NCBI GenBank assembly: GCA_049669185.1
Contig: JBATKF010000505.1
Location: 6,547 to 70,546, forward strand
Direction: 5' to 3'
Length of the DNA: 64,000 nt
Source: Sedimenticolaceae bacterium
Lineage (GTDB): Bacteria > Pseudomonadota > Gammaproteobacteria > Chromatiales > Chromatiaceae
Shown: piece by piece, positions 47,477-57,500 of the stretch
How the letters are laid out: every line of letters starts with the position of its first letter
Position numbering within the stretch: the first letter of the stretch is position 1
The notes under the pieces: model-generated
Databases searched by the model: none
What the model was told of the DNA's origin: nothing
The model's input: the letters and a program-made list of their open reading frames with translations, nothing else
Program-made: the position numbers and the translations under genes

Positions 47477-48988
47477 ATGAGCGAACAATACGCCGACGCC
47501 GATATTCCGGAGACCGTGGCAGCGGTCGATCTCGGTTCCAACAGTTTTCATATGATCGTTGGTAAACTCGATAACAATCAGCTGGTTATCGTAGATCGCC
47601 TGCGCGACGCCGTGCGCCTTGGGGGTGGCCTGCTGGAGAACAAGACCCTCAGCGACGACGCCTGGGAACGTGCGCTCGACAGCCTGTCACGCATGGGCCA
47701 GCGCCTGCGCGCCTTGCCACCGCACGCGGTACGTGCGGTAGGTACCAACACCATGCGGCAGATTCGCGACGGCGGCGCATTCCTACAGGCCGCAGAGGAT
47801 GCGCTCGGACATCCAATCGAGATCATCGGGGGGCGTGAGGAGGCGCGCCTGGTCTACCTCGGTGTCGCGCATGGTCTTGCGGCAGGCGAAGAGACCCGCC
47901 TGGTGATCGATATCGGCGGCGGCAGTACCGAGCTGATCCTTGGCGAAGGACTGGCGCCGAGAGAGAGAGAAAGCCTGTTCATGGGTTGTGTCAGCATGAC
48001 ACAGCGCTTTTTTCCCAGTGGCAAGATCAGCCAGGACGCGATGGACCGGGCCGTATTGAGCGGCCGCGTCGAACTCCGACCGGTCCGGCGGATGTTTCAC
48101 TCCGGTCAGTGGGATGCCGCGGTCGGCAGCTCAGGCACCATCAAGTCTATAGAGCGCGTCGTGATCGCCAACGGCTGGAGTGAAGAAGGCATCAACCGGT
48201 CATCGCTGAAAAGGCTTCGCCGCGCGCTGGTCAGCGCCGGACATATCGACGAGGTCAAGCTCGAAGAGCTGTCGGACGATCGTCGACCGGTGTTCGCCGG
48301 CGGCGTTGCCGTGCTCAGCGCGGTATTCAAGGCTCTCGACATCGACAAGATGCGGGTATCCGACCTGGCGCTGCGCGAGGGGCTCTTGTACGAGCTGGTC
48401 GGCCATATCCGACACATAGATATCCGCGACTCCACTGTCCGGGCGGTGATGCAGCGCTTCGGAGTGGACCGCAAACAGGCGAGCCGGGTGGAGGCGACGG
48501 CACGGGCGCTGCTGCGGCAGGTCGAGGAGAACTGGGCACTTGACGATCCCGAACACACCTTGATGCTCAACTGGGCGAGCCGGCTGCATGAGATCGGCCT
48601 GATCATTTCACACAGCAGTTTCCATAAGCACGGTGCCTATATCTTGGCGAATGCTGACCTGCCGGGCTTTTCGCGTCCGCAGCAGGCGGTGTTGGCGGCA
48701 CTGGTGCGGGTCCACCGGCGCAGATTCCTCGACAGCGAGTTCGTGGCCCTTCCCACCTACGCCGCGGAGAGCACCAAGCGAATGGCGGTGTTGCTGCGCC
48801 TGTCAGTCCTGCTGCACCGTGGGCGCAGCGGCAGTCATAAACCGCCGATGAAAATCGCCGTCCACGAAAAAGACGTTCGGCTGGACTTCCCCGACGGCTG
48901 GCTGGTGGAGCACCCCCTGACCGAGGCCGAGATAGCGCGCGAGGCCGAGTACCTCTCCGCGTCAGGATTCACCCTGCAATATGCCTAG
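47477..48988 (+). CDS. ppx: Exopolyphosphatase / guanosine pentaphosphate phosphohydrolase family
   Basis: 503 aa with the Ppx/GppA N-terminal ASKHA fold (AAVDLGSNSFHMIV, DIGGGSTE) and a C-terminal HD-like domain. Confidence 0.9.
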   Translation: MSEQYADADIPETVAAVDLGSNSFHMIVGKLDNNQLVIVDRLRDAVRLGGGLLENKTLSDDAWERALDSLSRMGQRLRALPPHAVRAVGTNTMRQIRDGGAFLQAAEDALGHPIEIIGGREEARLVYLGVAHGLAAGEETRLVIDIGGGSTELILGEGLAPRERESLFMGCVSMTQRFFPSGKISQDAMDRAVLSGRVELRPVRRMFHSGQWDAAVGSSGTIKSIERVVIANGWSEEGINRSSLKRLRRALVSAGHIDEVKLEELSDDRRPVFAGGVAVLSAVFKALDIDKMRVSDLALREGLLYELVGHIRHIDIRDSTVRAVMQRFGVDRKQASRVEATARALLRQVEENWALDDPEHTLMLNWASRLHEIGLIISHSSFHKHGAYILANADLPGFSRPQQAVLAALVRVHRRRFLDSEFVALPTYAAESTKRMAVLLRLSVLLHRGRSGSHKPPMKIAVHEKDVRLDFPDGWLVEHPLTEAEIAREAEYLSASGFTLQYA

Positions 48989-49050
48989 GTAATTCCGCTT
49001 CCAGCCGTTGCAAACTCCGCGGCTATTAGAATAGACGGAGAGGGAGGCGA

Positions 49051-50334
49051 ATGTCCGATATCACCGAGGCCCTGATGGGCTTTGAACTGGGAGACGATGA
49101 AAGCGAATCAGCAGTTCAGACACTCGAGCGCACCGACGCGCATGCGATGTGCGCTATGGCCTTCAGCCTGCATTGGGATAGCGAGTTCGCGCGACACACC
49201 GACCAGCTGGTCGCACGCAAGCTAAATCTGTGGCGCGATATCCTGCCGTACGAACTCGAACCCGAACTCATCGATAAGCCCGTCAACCACATCGCCAGCC
49301 GGGGCTTCGCGCCCGGTGAGTTGATCGTCCCGTACCAATCCGACCTGTGTTTCAACCTCACACAACGCGCCTTCCATCGCACGCTGCGCAAAAACAGTTA
49401 CATCGAACCACGTGCCGGTCGCTTTTATCCGCGTGCCTTCATCGGCGGCTCGCGCGGTATCTTTCCCGAGGAGCGTCTGCCGTTCCGGGTAAGTAGCGTC
49501 AGCGGGGACATGATTGGCTGCGACCTCAATCATCCCTTAGCAGAAAGGGCTCTCGACCTCAGCGTACGGATCCTGGATATCTGGGCCGCAGGCGAGGAAC
49601 ACGGCGGCAGCTGCAACGATATCGCAGAGATGGTTGCGCTCAACGGCCCCGGGATGCAGGCGCGTTGGCGCGCTCAGCCGACGGACTTTTGGCAGGACCT
49701 GCCGTTCGCTCGCGCGGCGGGGGAGCCCGACGCCGGTTTCTACGCGATGCCGCGCCTGGTGCCGCACGTCGATCAGACGGCATCGGCACAGATCGGCCAG
49801 CTGTATCAGCGTCTGCTGCCCCCACAAGGCCGGGTTCTCGACCTGATGGCCAGCTGGCAGTCTCACCTGCCCGACGCGCACCACCTTGGCGAAATCATCG
49901 GACTCGGGATGAATGCCGAGGAGCTCGCGGCCAATCCGCTGCTCGCCGGGCACCGGCTGCACGATCTCAATCTCGACCCCAAGCTGCCCTACGAGGATGC
50001 GGAGTTTGACGCCGTCATCTGCAGCCTGTCGGTCGAGTACCTGGTCAAGCCGTTCGAGGTCTTTGCCGAGGTTGCCCGCGTGCTGCAGCCGGGTGGCCGT
50101 TTCATCGTCACTTTCTCCAACCGCTGGTTCCCACCCAAGGTGATCCGCGTCTGGGAGGGCATCCACGAATTCGAACGTCCCGGATTGGTCCTGGAATACT
50201 TCCTGCGTGACGGCCTGTTCGATCAGCTCGAGACCTGGTCGGTACGCGGGCTGCCGCGCCCCGCAGACGACAAGTACGCGGACCGGATGGCCGATAGCGA
50301 TCCGGTGTATGCGGTGTGGGGCAGCAAACGTTGA
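49051..50334 (+). CDS. Fusion of an FKBP/SlyD-like N-domain with a class I SAM-dependent methyltransferase
   Basis: 427 aa. GDMIGCDLNHPLAERALDLSVRILDI resembles the SlyD/FKBP C-terminal signature (D.NHPLAG..L.F.V.V). The C-half has MTase motifs VLDLMASWQSHLP and DAVICSLSVEYL...VLQPGGRFIVTF. Confidence 0.75.
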   Translation: MSDITEALMGFELGDDESESAVQTLERTDAHAMCAMAFSLHWDSEFARHTDQLVARKLNLWRDILPYELEPELIDKPVNHIASRGFAPGELIVPYQSDLCFNLTQRAFHRTLRKNSYIEPRAGRFYPRAFIGGSRGIFPEERLPFRVSSVSGDMIGCDLNHPLAERALDLSVRILDIWAAGEEHGGSCNDIAEMVALNGPGMQARWRAQPTDFWQDLPFARAAGEPDAGFYAMPRLVPHVDQTASAQIGQLYQRLLPPQGRVLDLMASWQSHLPDAHHLGEIIGLGMNAEELAANPLLAGHRLHDLNLDPKLPYEDAEFDAVICSLSVEYLVKPFEVFAEVARVLQPGGRFIVTFSNRWFPPKVIRVWEGIHEFERPGLVLEYFLRDGLFDQLETWSVRGLPRPADDKYADRMADSDPVYAVWGSKR

Positions 50335-50531
50335 CACCGCAGGGGATCGACAGCCTTGCCTGGATGCAGCAGTTGGCCGGACGTATAGATCAGTTGAACA
50401 GCCGGGCCGAGATAGAATCGGCCCTGGACGATATCGAGTACCTGACGGAGGCACTCGATCCGCAGCTGCAGGAGTCTGCCTACCAGTTGATCGAGATGCT
50501 GCGGCGCAGGCTGGAAGCGCCGGTACGGTGA
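50316..50531 (+). CDS. Small acidic helical protein (hypothetical)
   Basis: 71-aa frame. Likely starts are TTG 50331 (TTGA overlap with the upstream stop) or ATG 50364. Its TGA overlaps the GTG of the next gene. Confidence 0.5.
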   Translation: MGQQTLTPQGIDSLAWMQQLAGRIDQLNSRAEIESALDDIEYLTEALDPQLQESAYQLIEMLRRRLEAPVR

Positions 50532-51454
50532 GTGAGCCCGGCAGCGGCTCGCGGCACTATGCAGTGCGCCGCGTCAATCCCTTCGAGGGCGTGCTGCAGG
50601 TCGTGGAGACACATAATGCACGCGCCTACAGCCCAAACGGTCATGTCTGGCAGGTGCAGGTGTTGGCGCAGCGCCCGGACCATACCTGGCGCAGTTTTAA
50701 CGATGTAGAACCAATCGAGCAGTTCTTCAATTTCGGGCTCTGGGACGCGGTCGAGGGTCTGCACCGGATCCCAGCCAGCCCCATACTGGACATAGGCGAC
50801 ATGCAGGGGGCGGCCGACGAGCTCACCGGCGTGCTGCGGCACGTGGTCGAGGATCTGCCTTTCGCATTGATCGATGACTACGAATACTGGGCCACCGATT
50901 ACGACGGCCGGCCGGTGGCACTGTTGGCAACCACCGAGAATCCGCGCCTGATGCACGACATCCGGGTGAGTCGCTGGCAGGCGACCCGCGTATCCGACCA
51001 CAGCTTTACCTCGCCGTCCTTGCTCGCACGTGATCTGCCCACCAAGGGACATGTCGGCCCCCGCCAACACGCCGAGCTGCTGGAGCGCCAGGTGCGCCAG
51101 CTGGGCCAGCACAAGGTCTGGTTCCGCCGCTCGTCCGAAGGTGATGGTGAACGCCTGCACCCCAAACGCGCCGAGACCACATTGACCGCAGAGGTCTTTC
51201 CACCGCTCGGGCTCAAGTCCGACTGGACAGACGATCTGACACGCGAACTCGCCGCAGACTACCTCGCCTGGCAGGCACCCCGGCTGCTGACGCTGCAACG
51301 TATTGACGATGCGCAGCGCCGCTGGCTCGAACAGCACGCCTGTCACCGGGCCGTAGAACTCGCCGCAGCCTATCGATTGATCCCGCGTATACTCGACAAG
51401 GCGCGCCTCGAGGCAGCACGCGTTGAGGCAAGACTGCGCCGATCCGCCGTCTAA
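50528..51454 (+). CDS. Conserved-looking hypothetical protein (308 aa)
   Basis: GTG 50528 forms a GTGA overlap with the preceding stop. The sequence from VSEPGSGSRHYAVRRVNPFEGVLQVVETHNARAYSPNG... has normal composition. The upstream 107 codons of the ORF-track frame overlap other genes and look like junk. Confidence 0.68.
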   Translation: MSEPGSGSRHYAVRRVNPFEGVLQVVETHNARAYSPNGHVWQVQVLAQRPDHTWRSFNDVEPIEQFFNFGLWDAVEGLHRIPASPILDIGDMQGAADELTGVLRHVVEDLPFALIDDYEYWATDYDGRPVALLATTENPRLMHDIRVSRWQATRVSDHSFTSPSLLARDLPTKGHVGPRQHAELLERQVRQLGQHKVWFRRSSEGDGERLHPKRAETTLTAEVFPPLGLKSDWTDDLTRELAADYLAWQAPRLLTLQRIDDAQRRWLEQHACHRAVELAAAYRLIPRILDKARLEAARVEARLRRSAV

Positions 51455-51484
51455 GATTGAAGAAAAACCGAGGAGACAGCGACC

Positions 51485-52264
51485 TTGTCAGCGCAGAAAG
51501 ACTGGCGTGTGGACATCTTTCCCCTGACCTTTTTCGCCCTGGTGATCGCTGCCAAGACCTACTATCTGGTCGGCTACGTCAACGCCCACGCGCATCTCTG
51601 GGATTTGATGACCGACGCCGAGCGCCGTCAGGCCTTCGGCGGTGCGGTGGGGTACTACCTGACGGGGCAGTTCTCGCACATCAGCTATTATGCGACGGCG
51701 CTCGCCTTCGATGCACTGGTGTTCTACAGCCTCTGGGTGCGACGCGCAGCAAAGGAGCGTCCGCATGGCTTCTGGGAAAACATCTTCCCGTTGATCACCG
51801 TGTTCGTCCCGGTGCTGGGCTTCACCTTGATGTTCATCCCCGATGTGCGCGCGGTATTGCCGACCTATCCACCGGCATTCCTACATCGGATGGGAGACCT
51901 GATACCGGGGTTTCCGTTCTACATGAACCTGGCCGGGCTACTGATCGGACTGTTTGGTGCCGCGTTCAGCATCTGGGCCATTCGCCATTTACGCGCCTCG
52001 TTCGGCCTGCGCACCGCGGTGCGCGACCTGGTAACCACCGGCCCCTACCGACGCATCCGGCACCCGCTGTACTTTGGTGAGATCATTCACATCTTCGGTG
52101 TCGTCATTCTGGCCGCCACGCCCGCGGCACTGTACCTGTTCATCGTCGCGGTCGCGTTGCAGGCGATCCGCGCCAAGATCGAAGAGCGAAAATTTCTCGC
52201 CAGCGTCCCCGCGTACGCAGAATTCAAGCGCAATACCGGGTTTCTGTGGCCCAGGTTTTTTTGA
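51485..52264 (+). CDS. Isoprenylcysteine carboxyl methyltransferase (ICMT/PEMT) family membrane protein
   Basis: 259 aa, multi-TM, with TGPYRRIRHPLYFGEII as the ICMT-family signature. The TTG start is preceded by GAGGAG. Confidence 0.8.
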   Translation: MSAQKDWRVDIFPLTFFALVIAAKTYYLVGYVNAHAHLWDLMTDAERRQAFGGAVGYYLTGQFSHISYYATALAFDALVFYSLWVRRAAKERPHGFWENIFPLITVFVPVLGFTLMFIPDVRAVLPTYPPAFLHRMGDLIPGFPFYMNLAGLLIGLFGAAFSIWAIRHLRASFGLRTAVRDLVTTGPYRRIRHPLYFGEIIHIFGVVILAATPAALYLFIVAVALQAIRAKIEERKFLASVPAYAEFKRNTGFLWPRFF

Positions 52265-52409
52265 ACGGTCGGCCACAGGGCACACGGGAGGCGATCCGCA
52301 TTCAGCCGGCTGGTACAATCGTCCTGGGTAATTTCCCGTCAATTCGTGGCGCGACGCCCGTGCAACCACACTTTAGACTGCGGCGGGTAGAAGATATCGA
52401 CCTCAGGAT

Positions 52410-53510
52410 ATGCGCCCGACCAAACAGGAACCGAGTCCCTTGAGCGAACCCAACCTGCAAAGCTATCACCACGACCAGGTCGGCCGAACGGGGATCCTGC
52501 TGGTCAACCTGGGGACACCGGATGCACCCGACCGCGCCTCCGTGCGCCGCTATCTCAAGGAGTTCTTGTGGGACCCCCGAGTCGTCGAGGTGCCGCGGCC
52601 GATCTGGTGGTTTGTCCTGAATGGCGTCATCCTGAACACCCGTCCGGGACGATCCGCCAAGGCCTACCAGAAGGTCTGGACCAACGAGGGTTCACCCCTG
52701 CTGTCGATATCCTACAAACAACGCGACGCCTTGGCGCAGCGGCTGGGTGATGCCATGCCGGTCGCGCTGGCGATGCGCTACGGCAGCCCGTCGATCGAGA
52801 CAGGCCTAGAGGAACTGCGCAATGCCGATGCACGGCGTATTCTGGTGCTACCGCTCTACCCACAGTATTCGGCGACGACCACTGCATCGATCTTTGATGC
52901 CGTGGCGGACGCACTGCGCAAATGGCGATGGATCCCCGAGCTGCGCTTCATCAACCATTACCACGATGAACCGGCCTACATCGGCGCATTGGCCGATAGT
53001 GTGCGGCGTCATCGCGCGCAGTTCGGTGCAAGCGACAAACTGCTGCTGTCGTTTCATGGGATTCCCGAAGAGTACTTCCACAAGGGAGATCCCTATTTTT
53101 GCGAATGCCAGAAGAGCGGCCGCCTGCTCGCGGAAGCGCTGGACCTGAAACCGGATCAGTGGCAGCTCAGCTTCCAGTCCCGTCTAGGCCCGAAGCAGTG
53201 GCTGCAGCCCTACACCGACAAGACACTCGAGACGATGGCCAGCGAGGGCGTGAAGTCGGTGCAGGTGATCTGCCCCGGCTTCTCCGCCGACTGCCTCGAG
53301 ACCCTCGAGGAGATCGCCATGGAGAACCGCGAGGTCTTTCTCGAGGCCGGTGGCGAGCGCTACGAATACATACCCTGCCTGAATGAAGCGGCAGGTCATA
53401 TCGATATGCTCGCAGGACTGATCGCCCAGCATACGCAAGGCTGGGGGCACAGCACGGAAGACCCGGCCCAGGTTCGTGAACGGGCGTTGGCGATCGGTGC
53501 GGCCCAATAG
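52410..53510 (+). CDS. hemH: Ferrochelatase
   Basis: 366 aa with GILLVNLGTPDAP, LPLYPQYSATTT and LLLSFHGIP, which are classic HemH motifs. Confidence 0.95.
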   Translation: MRPTKQEPSPLSEPNLQSYHHDQVGRTGILLVNLGTPDAPDRASVRRYLKEFLWDPRVVEVPRPIWWFVLNGVILNTRPGRSAKAYQKVWTNEGSPLLSISYKQRDALAQRLGDAMPVALAMRYGSPSIETGLEELRNADARRILVLPLYPQYSATTTASIFDAVADALRKWRWIPELRFINHYHDEPAYIGALADSVRRHRAQFGASDKLLLSFHGIPEEYFHKGDPYFCECQKSGRLLAEALDLKPDQWQLSFQSRLGPKQWLQPYTDKTLETMASEGVKSVQVICPGFSADCLETLEEIAMENREVFLEAGGERYEYIPCLNEAAGHIDMLAGLIAQHTQGWGHSTEDPAQVRERALAIGAAQ

Positions 53511-53514
53511 CCCT

Positions 53515-53967
53515 ATGACGACGCATGAAAAATCACTGATCAGTCACCTCCTGGTCGGCCTGCAGTTCACGGCCATTGTGATCATTGCCTGGCCGTTCAT
53601 GACGCAACCGGATGACCGCCTGCAATGGCTCGGAATCAGCGCCCTTGGCGCTATCGTTGGCCTTTACACCCTGGCGCACAACAAGCTCGGCAACTTCGGC
53701 ATATACCCCGAGCCGATACCGGATGCCTGCCTGATCACCACGGGACCCTATCAGTGGATCCGCCACCCGATGTATACCAGCCTGCTGCTGTTCATGCTGG
53801 GGATTGCCCTGTACAAACATGCATGGCCCAACTATCTCGGAATGGCACTATTGGCCCTTGCGATACTCGGCAAGATGCGGCGGGAGGAGGCTCATCTGCA
53901 CCTGAAATTTGCGGACTACTCGGATTATGTGAGACGCACTCACCGGCTGATTCCGCGGATCTACTGA
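53515..53967 (+). CDS. Short ICMT/PEMT-family methyltransferase-like membrane protein
   Basis: The start was moved to MTTHEKSLISHLLVGLQF. 150 aa with TGPYQWIRHPMYTSLLLFMLG and EEAHL motifs. Confidence 0.78.
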   Translation: MTTHEKSLISHLLVGLQFTAIVIIAWPFMTQPDDRLQWLGISALGAIVGLYTLAHNKLGNFGIYPEPIPDACLITTGPYQWIRHPMYTSLLLFMLGIALYKHAWPNYLGMALLALAILGKMRREEAHLHLKFADYSDYVRRTHRLIPRIY

Positions 53968-53981
53968 CCCGGCAGCATTCG

Positions 53982-54377
53982 ATGAGCGACAAGCCCAAGC
54001 CGACGGAAATCGTCCTGCATAAGAGATCACACTCGCTGGAGATCGCGTTCGATGATGGCGCGCGCTTTGTCCTGCCCTGCGAGCTCCTGCGCGTCTACTC
54101 ACCCTCGGCCGAGGTCCGCGGTCATTGGGGCCAGTACGCGAAACTGCAGCTGGATAAACAGGACGTGAACATCACCGAGATCAAACCGGTCGGCGCCTAT
54201 GCGATCAAGATCTTCTTCGATGACGGCCACAACTCCGGCCTGTTCGACTGGGGCTTTCTGTACGACCTGGGGCGCAAGCAGGACCTGCATTGGAACGATT
54301 ATCTGCAGCGCCTCGCAGAGGCCGGCCATCAGCGCAAGGTCCCCAGTTGGCGTGTATCAGAGGATCCGGCCGACTGA
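53982..54377 (+). CDS. DUF971 family protein
   Basis: 131 aa from ATG 53982. …LEIAFDDGARFVLPCELLRVYSPSAEV…VGAYAIKIFFDDGHNSGLFDWGFLYDLG is typical of DUF971. The ORF-track extension upstream overlaps the previous gene. Confidence 0.8.
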   Translation: MSDKPKPTEIVLHKRSHSLEIAFDDGARFVLPCELLRVYSPSAEVRGHWGQYAKLQLDKQDVNITEIKPVGAYAIKIFFDDGHNSGLFDWGFLYDLGRKQDLHWNDYLQRLAEAGHQRKVPSWRVSEDPAD

Positions 54378-54508
54378 CGCGGTCGCCCCGGGCGACAGGC
54401 AGGGTGGCCTGCAAGACAGATTCCTTCTTGGCCGGTAGCACCCGGCGGGTCGCTTCGATAGGCCTCCGCAGCATGCCGCCAACCACAAATCAAGAGACGA
54501 ATTCCCGT

Positions 54509-54540
54509 TCAAAGTATCGGCCACTAGGCCGATACTTTGA
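54509..54540. promoter_or_regulatory. 14-bp perfect palindrome ending 3 nt before the start codon of the GGDEF-EAL gene
   Basis: TCAAAGTATCGGCC-ACTA-GGCCGATACTTTGA. The ATG is at 54544 and no Shine-Dalgarno is visible outside the stem. Confidence 0.5.
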
Positions 54541-54543
54541 CGT

Positions 54544-57500
54544 ATGCCCCTAGCCCGCTTATTTCACCAACTTCCTGCTGTGGTCGCGGTTATGCTCGCC
54601 ATCGTGCTGTTGTGCCCCGCAGTAGTCACCGCGGCAGGCGCTGCGCACGTGCTTATGCTGCATTCCTACAGCCAGGAATACCAATGGACCAAAGGTCAGC
54701 ACAAAGGCTTTGTTGAGGCACTGGAAGCAGACTCGAGATACCAGCTGGTCTTCGATTCGGAATACCTGGATACCAAACGCCGGGCCTACGAGCCGGTCTA
54801 TGCCGAGGCCTTCGCCAAACACCTGCGTTTCAAGTACGCCGACTATGTCCCGACGGCTATCTATACATCGGATGACAATGCACTGCGCTTTGCCTTGCAG
54901 CACCTCAGCGAGATCTTTCCCGGGGTCCCGGTGTTCTTCTCCGGAGTGAACGACTATGGCGTCCTTGAACGAATCGCCGGTCGGCCGGTCAGCGGCGTTT
55001 TCGAGAAAAAGGAGATCGCGCCGAACCTCGCGCTGCTGGCGGAAATGGGGGTCTCGTCGCGCGAGATCTTGGTGGTTGGCGATGGTTCGCCCACCTATCG
55101 TGCGATCGAGCGCGAGATAAGGTCTGAACTCCTGACGAAGACGGAGATATCCGCACGCTTCGTGGCGGACCAGAAGCTGGATCGGATAGTCGCCGGGATA
55201 GCAGAGTATCCCGATCTCGGCCTGTTCCTGACCACGCTGGGCGGCATCAAAGATCCCAGTGGTCAGACGCTGCCGTTGCGCGAGACCGTCACGAGGATCG
55301 CCGGCTCACGTCATCGTGTGATCGTCAGCATGGAAGACGCCTACATGTTTGATGGCGTACTCGGCGGCTACGTGACCAGTGGCGAGAAACAGGGGGCCAC
55401 GGCGGCCGGCTTGCTGCGTCAGTATCTCGCGACTGGCGCCATACCCGCCCCGATCCTCGATAGCCCAAACCTTTATCTGTTCGATGCACGGGAGCTGACC
55501 CACCACGGCTTGAAACTACCCGAATCGCGCTTCCCAGACGCGGTCATACTCAATCAGCCACTGTCTCTGTACCAGCGTTACCGCACCTGGATCCTTGGTG
55601 CGCTGACTGCGCTGACAGTGCTGTTCACACTCTCGCTGATCGGTTTTCTGCTGATACTGTCGAGAAAGAACCGACAGATTCAGCTGCGCTCCGCTGAATT
55701 TGAGGAACAGGCCGAGATCGCCCTGCGCGCCAAGGCCAGCCTGAACGAGGCCGAAAATCTGGCGCGGCAAGGCAGCTGGGACTGGCACGTCGCCGACGAC
55801 CTGCTGTTCTGGTCAGAGGGACTTCGCCATCTCTGCGGCGAGACCGCGCCGGGTTCCAGACAGACATTGGGGGCACTGCTTCAGCAGCTGCCCGAAGACG
55901 ACCGCGACGATTTGACCGCGATCATCGATGAAGTGCGCGAGTCGGGAAAACAACAGGCACTGGTGCATCGCCTGCGGACTGACGACGGCCTTCGCACCGT
56001 TCGCGAGATCATTCGTCCAATCCGCGATTCCGCGGGAATTACGCAACGCCTGATAGGCACGATCCAAGATGTCACCGAGCAATACCTCGCCGAGAGCCAG
56101 CTGCGCGAGAGCGAGGAGAAGTACCGTCGTCTGTTCGAGCTGTCCGAAGATCCTATGTGGCTGTTAATCGATCAAGAGTTCGTGATGGCCAACCAGGCCG
56201 CCAGCCGCGTACTCGGCTATGAATCGACTAGCGAACTGGCCGGGGTGCACCCTTCACGCCTGTCACCCCAAAGGCAACCCGATGGTCTTGCCTCGCGAGA
56301 GAAGGCAAACGAAATGATGCTACGAGCCTATTCGAACGGCTATCATCGCTTCGAGTGGCTACATCAAAAAAAGGACGGCTCGGTGTTTCCCGTGGAGGTC
56401 TCCCTTACCAAGGTCCCCTACCGCGGCGGCGATGCGCTGTTCTGCATCTGGCGCGACATAACCGGGATCAAAAAGACCCAGACGGCTCTCGAGGAAAAGA
56501 CTACCTACCTGGACGGCATCCTGGCCTCATCCGAGCGGGTCGCGATAATCGCCACCGATGCCGAGGGTAAGATCCGATACTTCAACCCGTCCGCGGAAAA
56601 GCTCTTCGGTATAGCCGCCGCGCAGCTGCTCGGAGAGGAACTCGCGAGGATCCATCAGGTCCAGCAAAGCGACCAAGACTTCATTTTGGTCGGCCTGAAA
56701 GAGGCACGGAAACACGGTGAGTACCGCTTCACGATGAAGCTGGAGCGCGACGATGGCCTGCACTTCGTCGATTCCCGCATCTCTCCCATCTACAAGGGCA
56801 GCAGCGAGTTCGCCGGCTACATGCTGATGTGTGAGGATATTACCGAACAACGCCGCGCCTCGGAACTGATTGAGTACCACGCCACCTACGACCCCCTGAC
56901 AAACCTGCCCAATCGCCGGCTGTTCATGGATCAACTACATCAGGCGCTGGCGCGGGCCAAGCGGCACGGTCACCAGAGCGCGTTGTTGTTCCTCGACCTC
57001 GACAACTTCAAGACCATCAATGACTCCCTCGGCCACCCGGTTGGTGACACGCTGCTGCGCGAGGTGGCCATTCGCATCAAGACGGCGCTGCGCGAGGAAG
57101 ACACCGTAGCGCGGCTCGGTGGCGACGAATTCGTCGTACTGCTTTCGGAGCTCTCCGACGGCCGCGAAGAGGCAGTCAGCGATGTCCAAGCCGTCGCGGA
57201 AGGCATGCGGCAGACGCTAAGCACGCCTTATCACATCAATGCGCATGAGCTGCATATCACGCCAAGTATCGGTATCGCAGTGTTCCCTTCTGGAAAGGAT
57301 ACTGCAGATGATGTCTTGCGCCAGGCTGATACGGCAATGTATCAGGCCAAGGATTCCGGCCGCAACGCCGTGCGCTTCTTTCTGCCGAGCATGCAGCTCG
57401 CCGCGGAGAAGCGCCTGCGAATGATCGGCGAACTCCGCAAGGCGCTGCCACGGTCGGAGCTGATTCCCTACTTTCAACCACAGTTCAATGCCCGGCAGCA

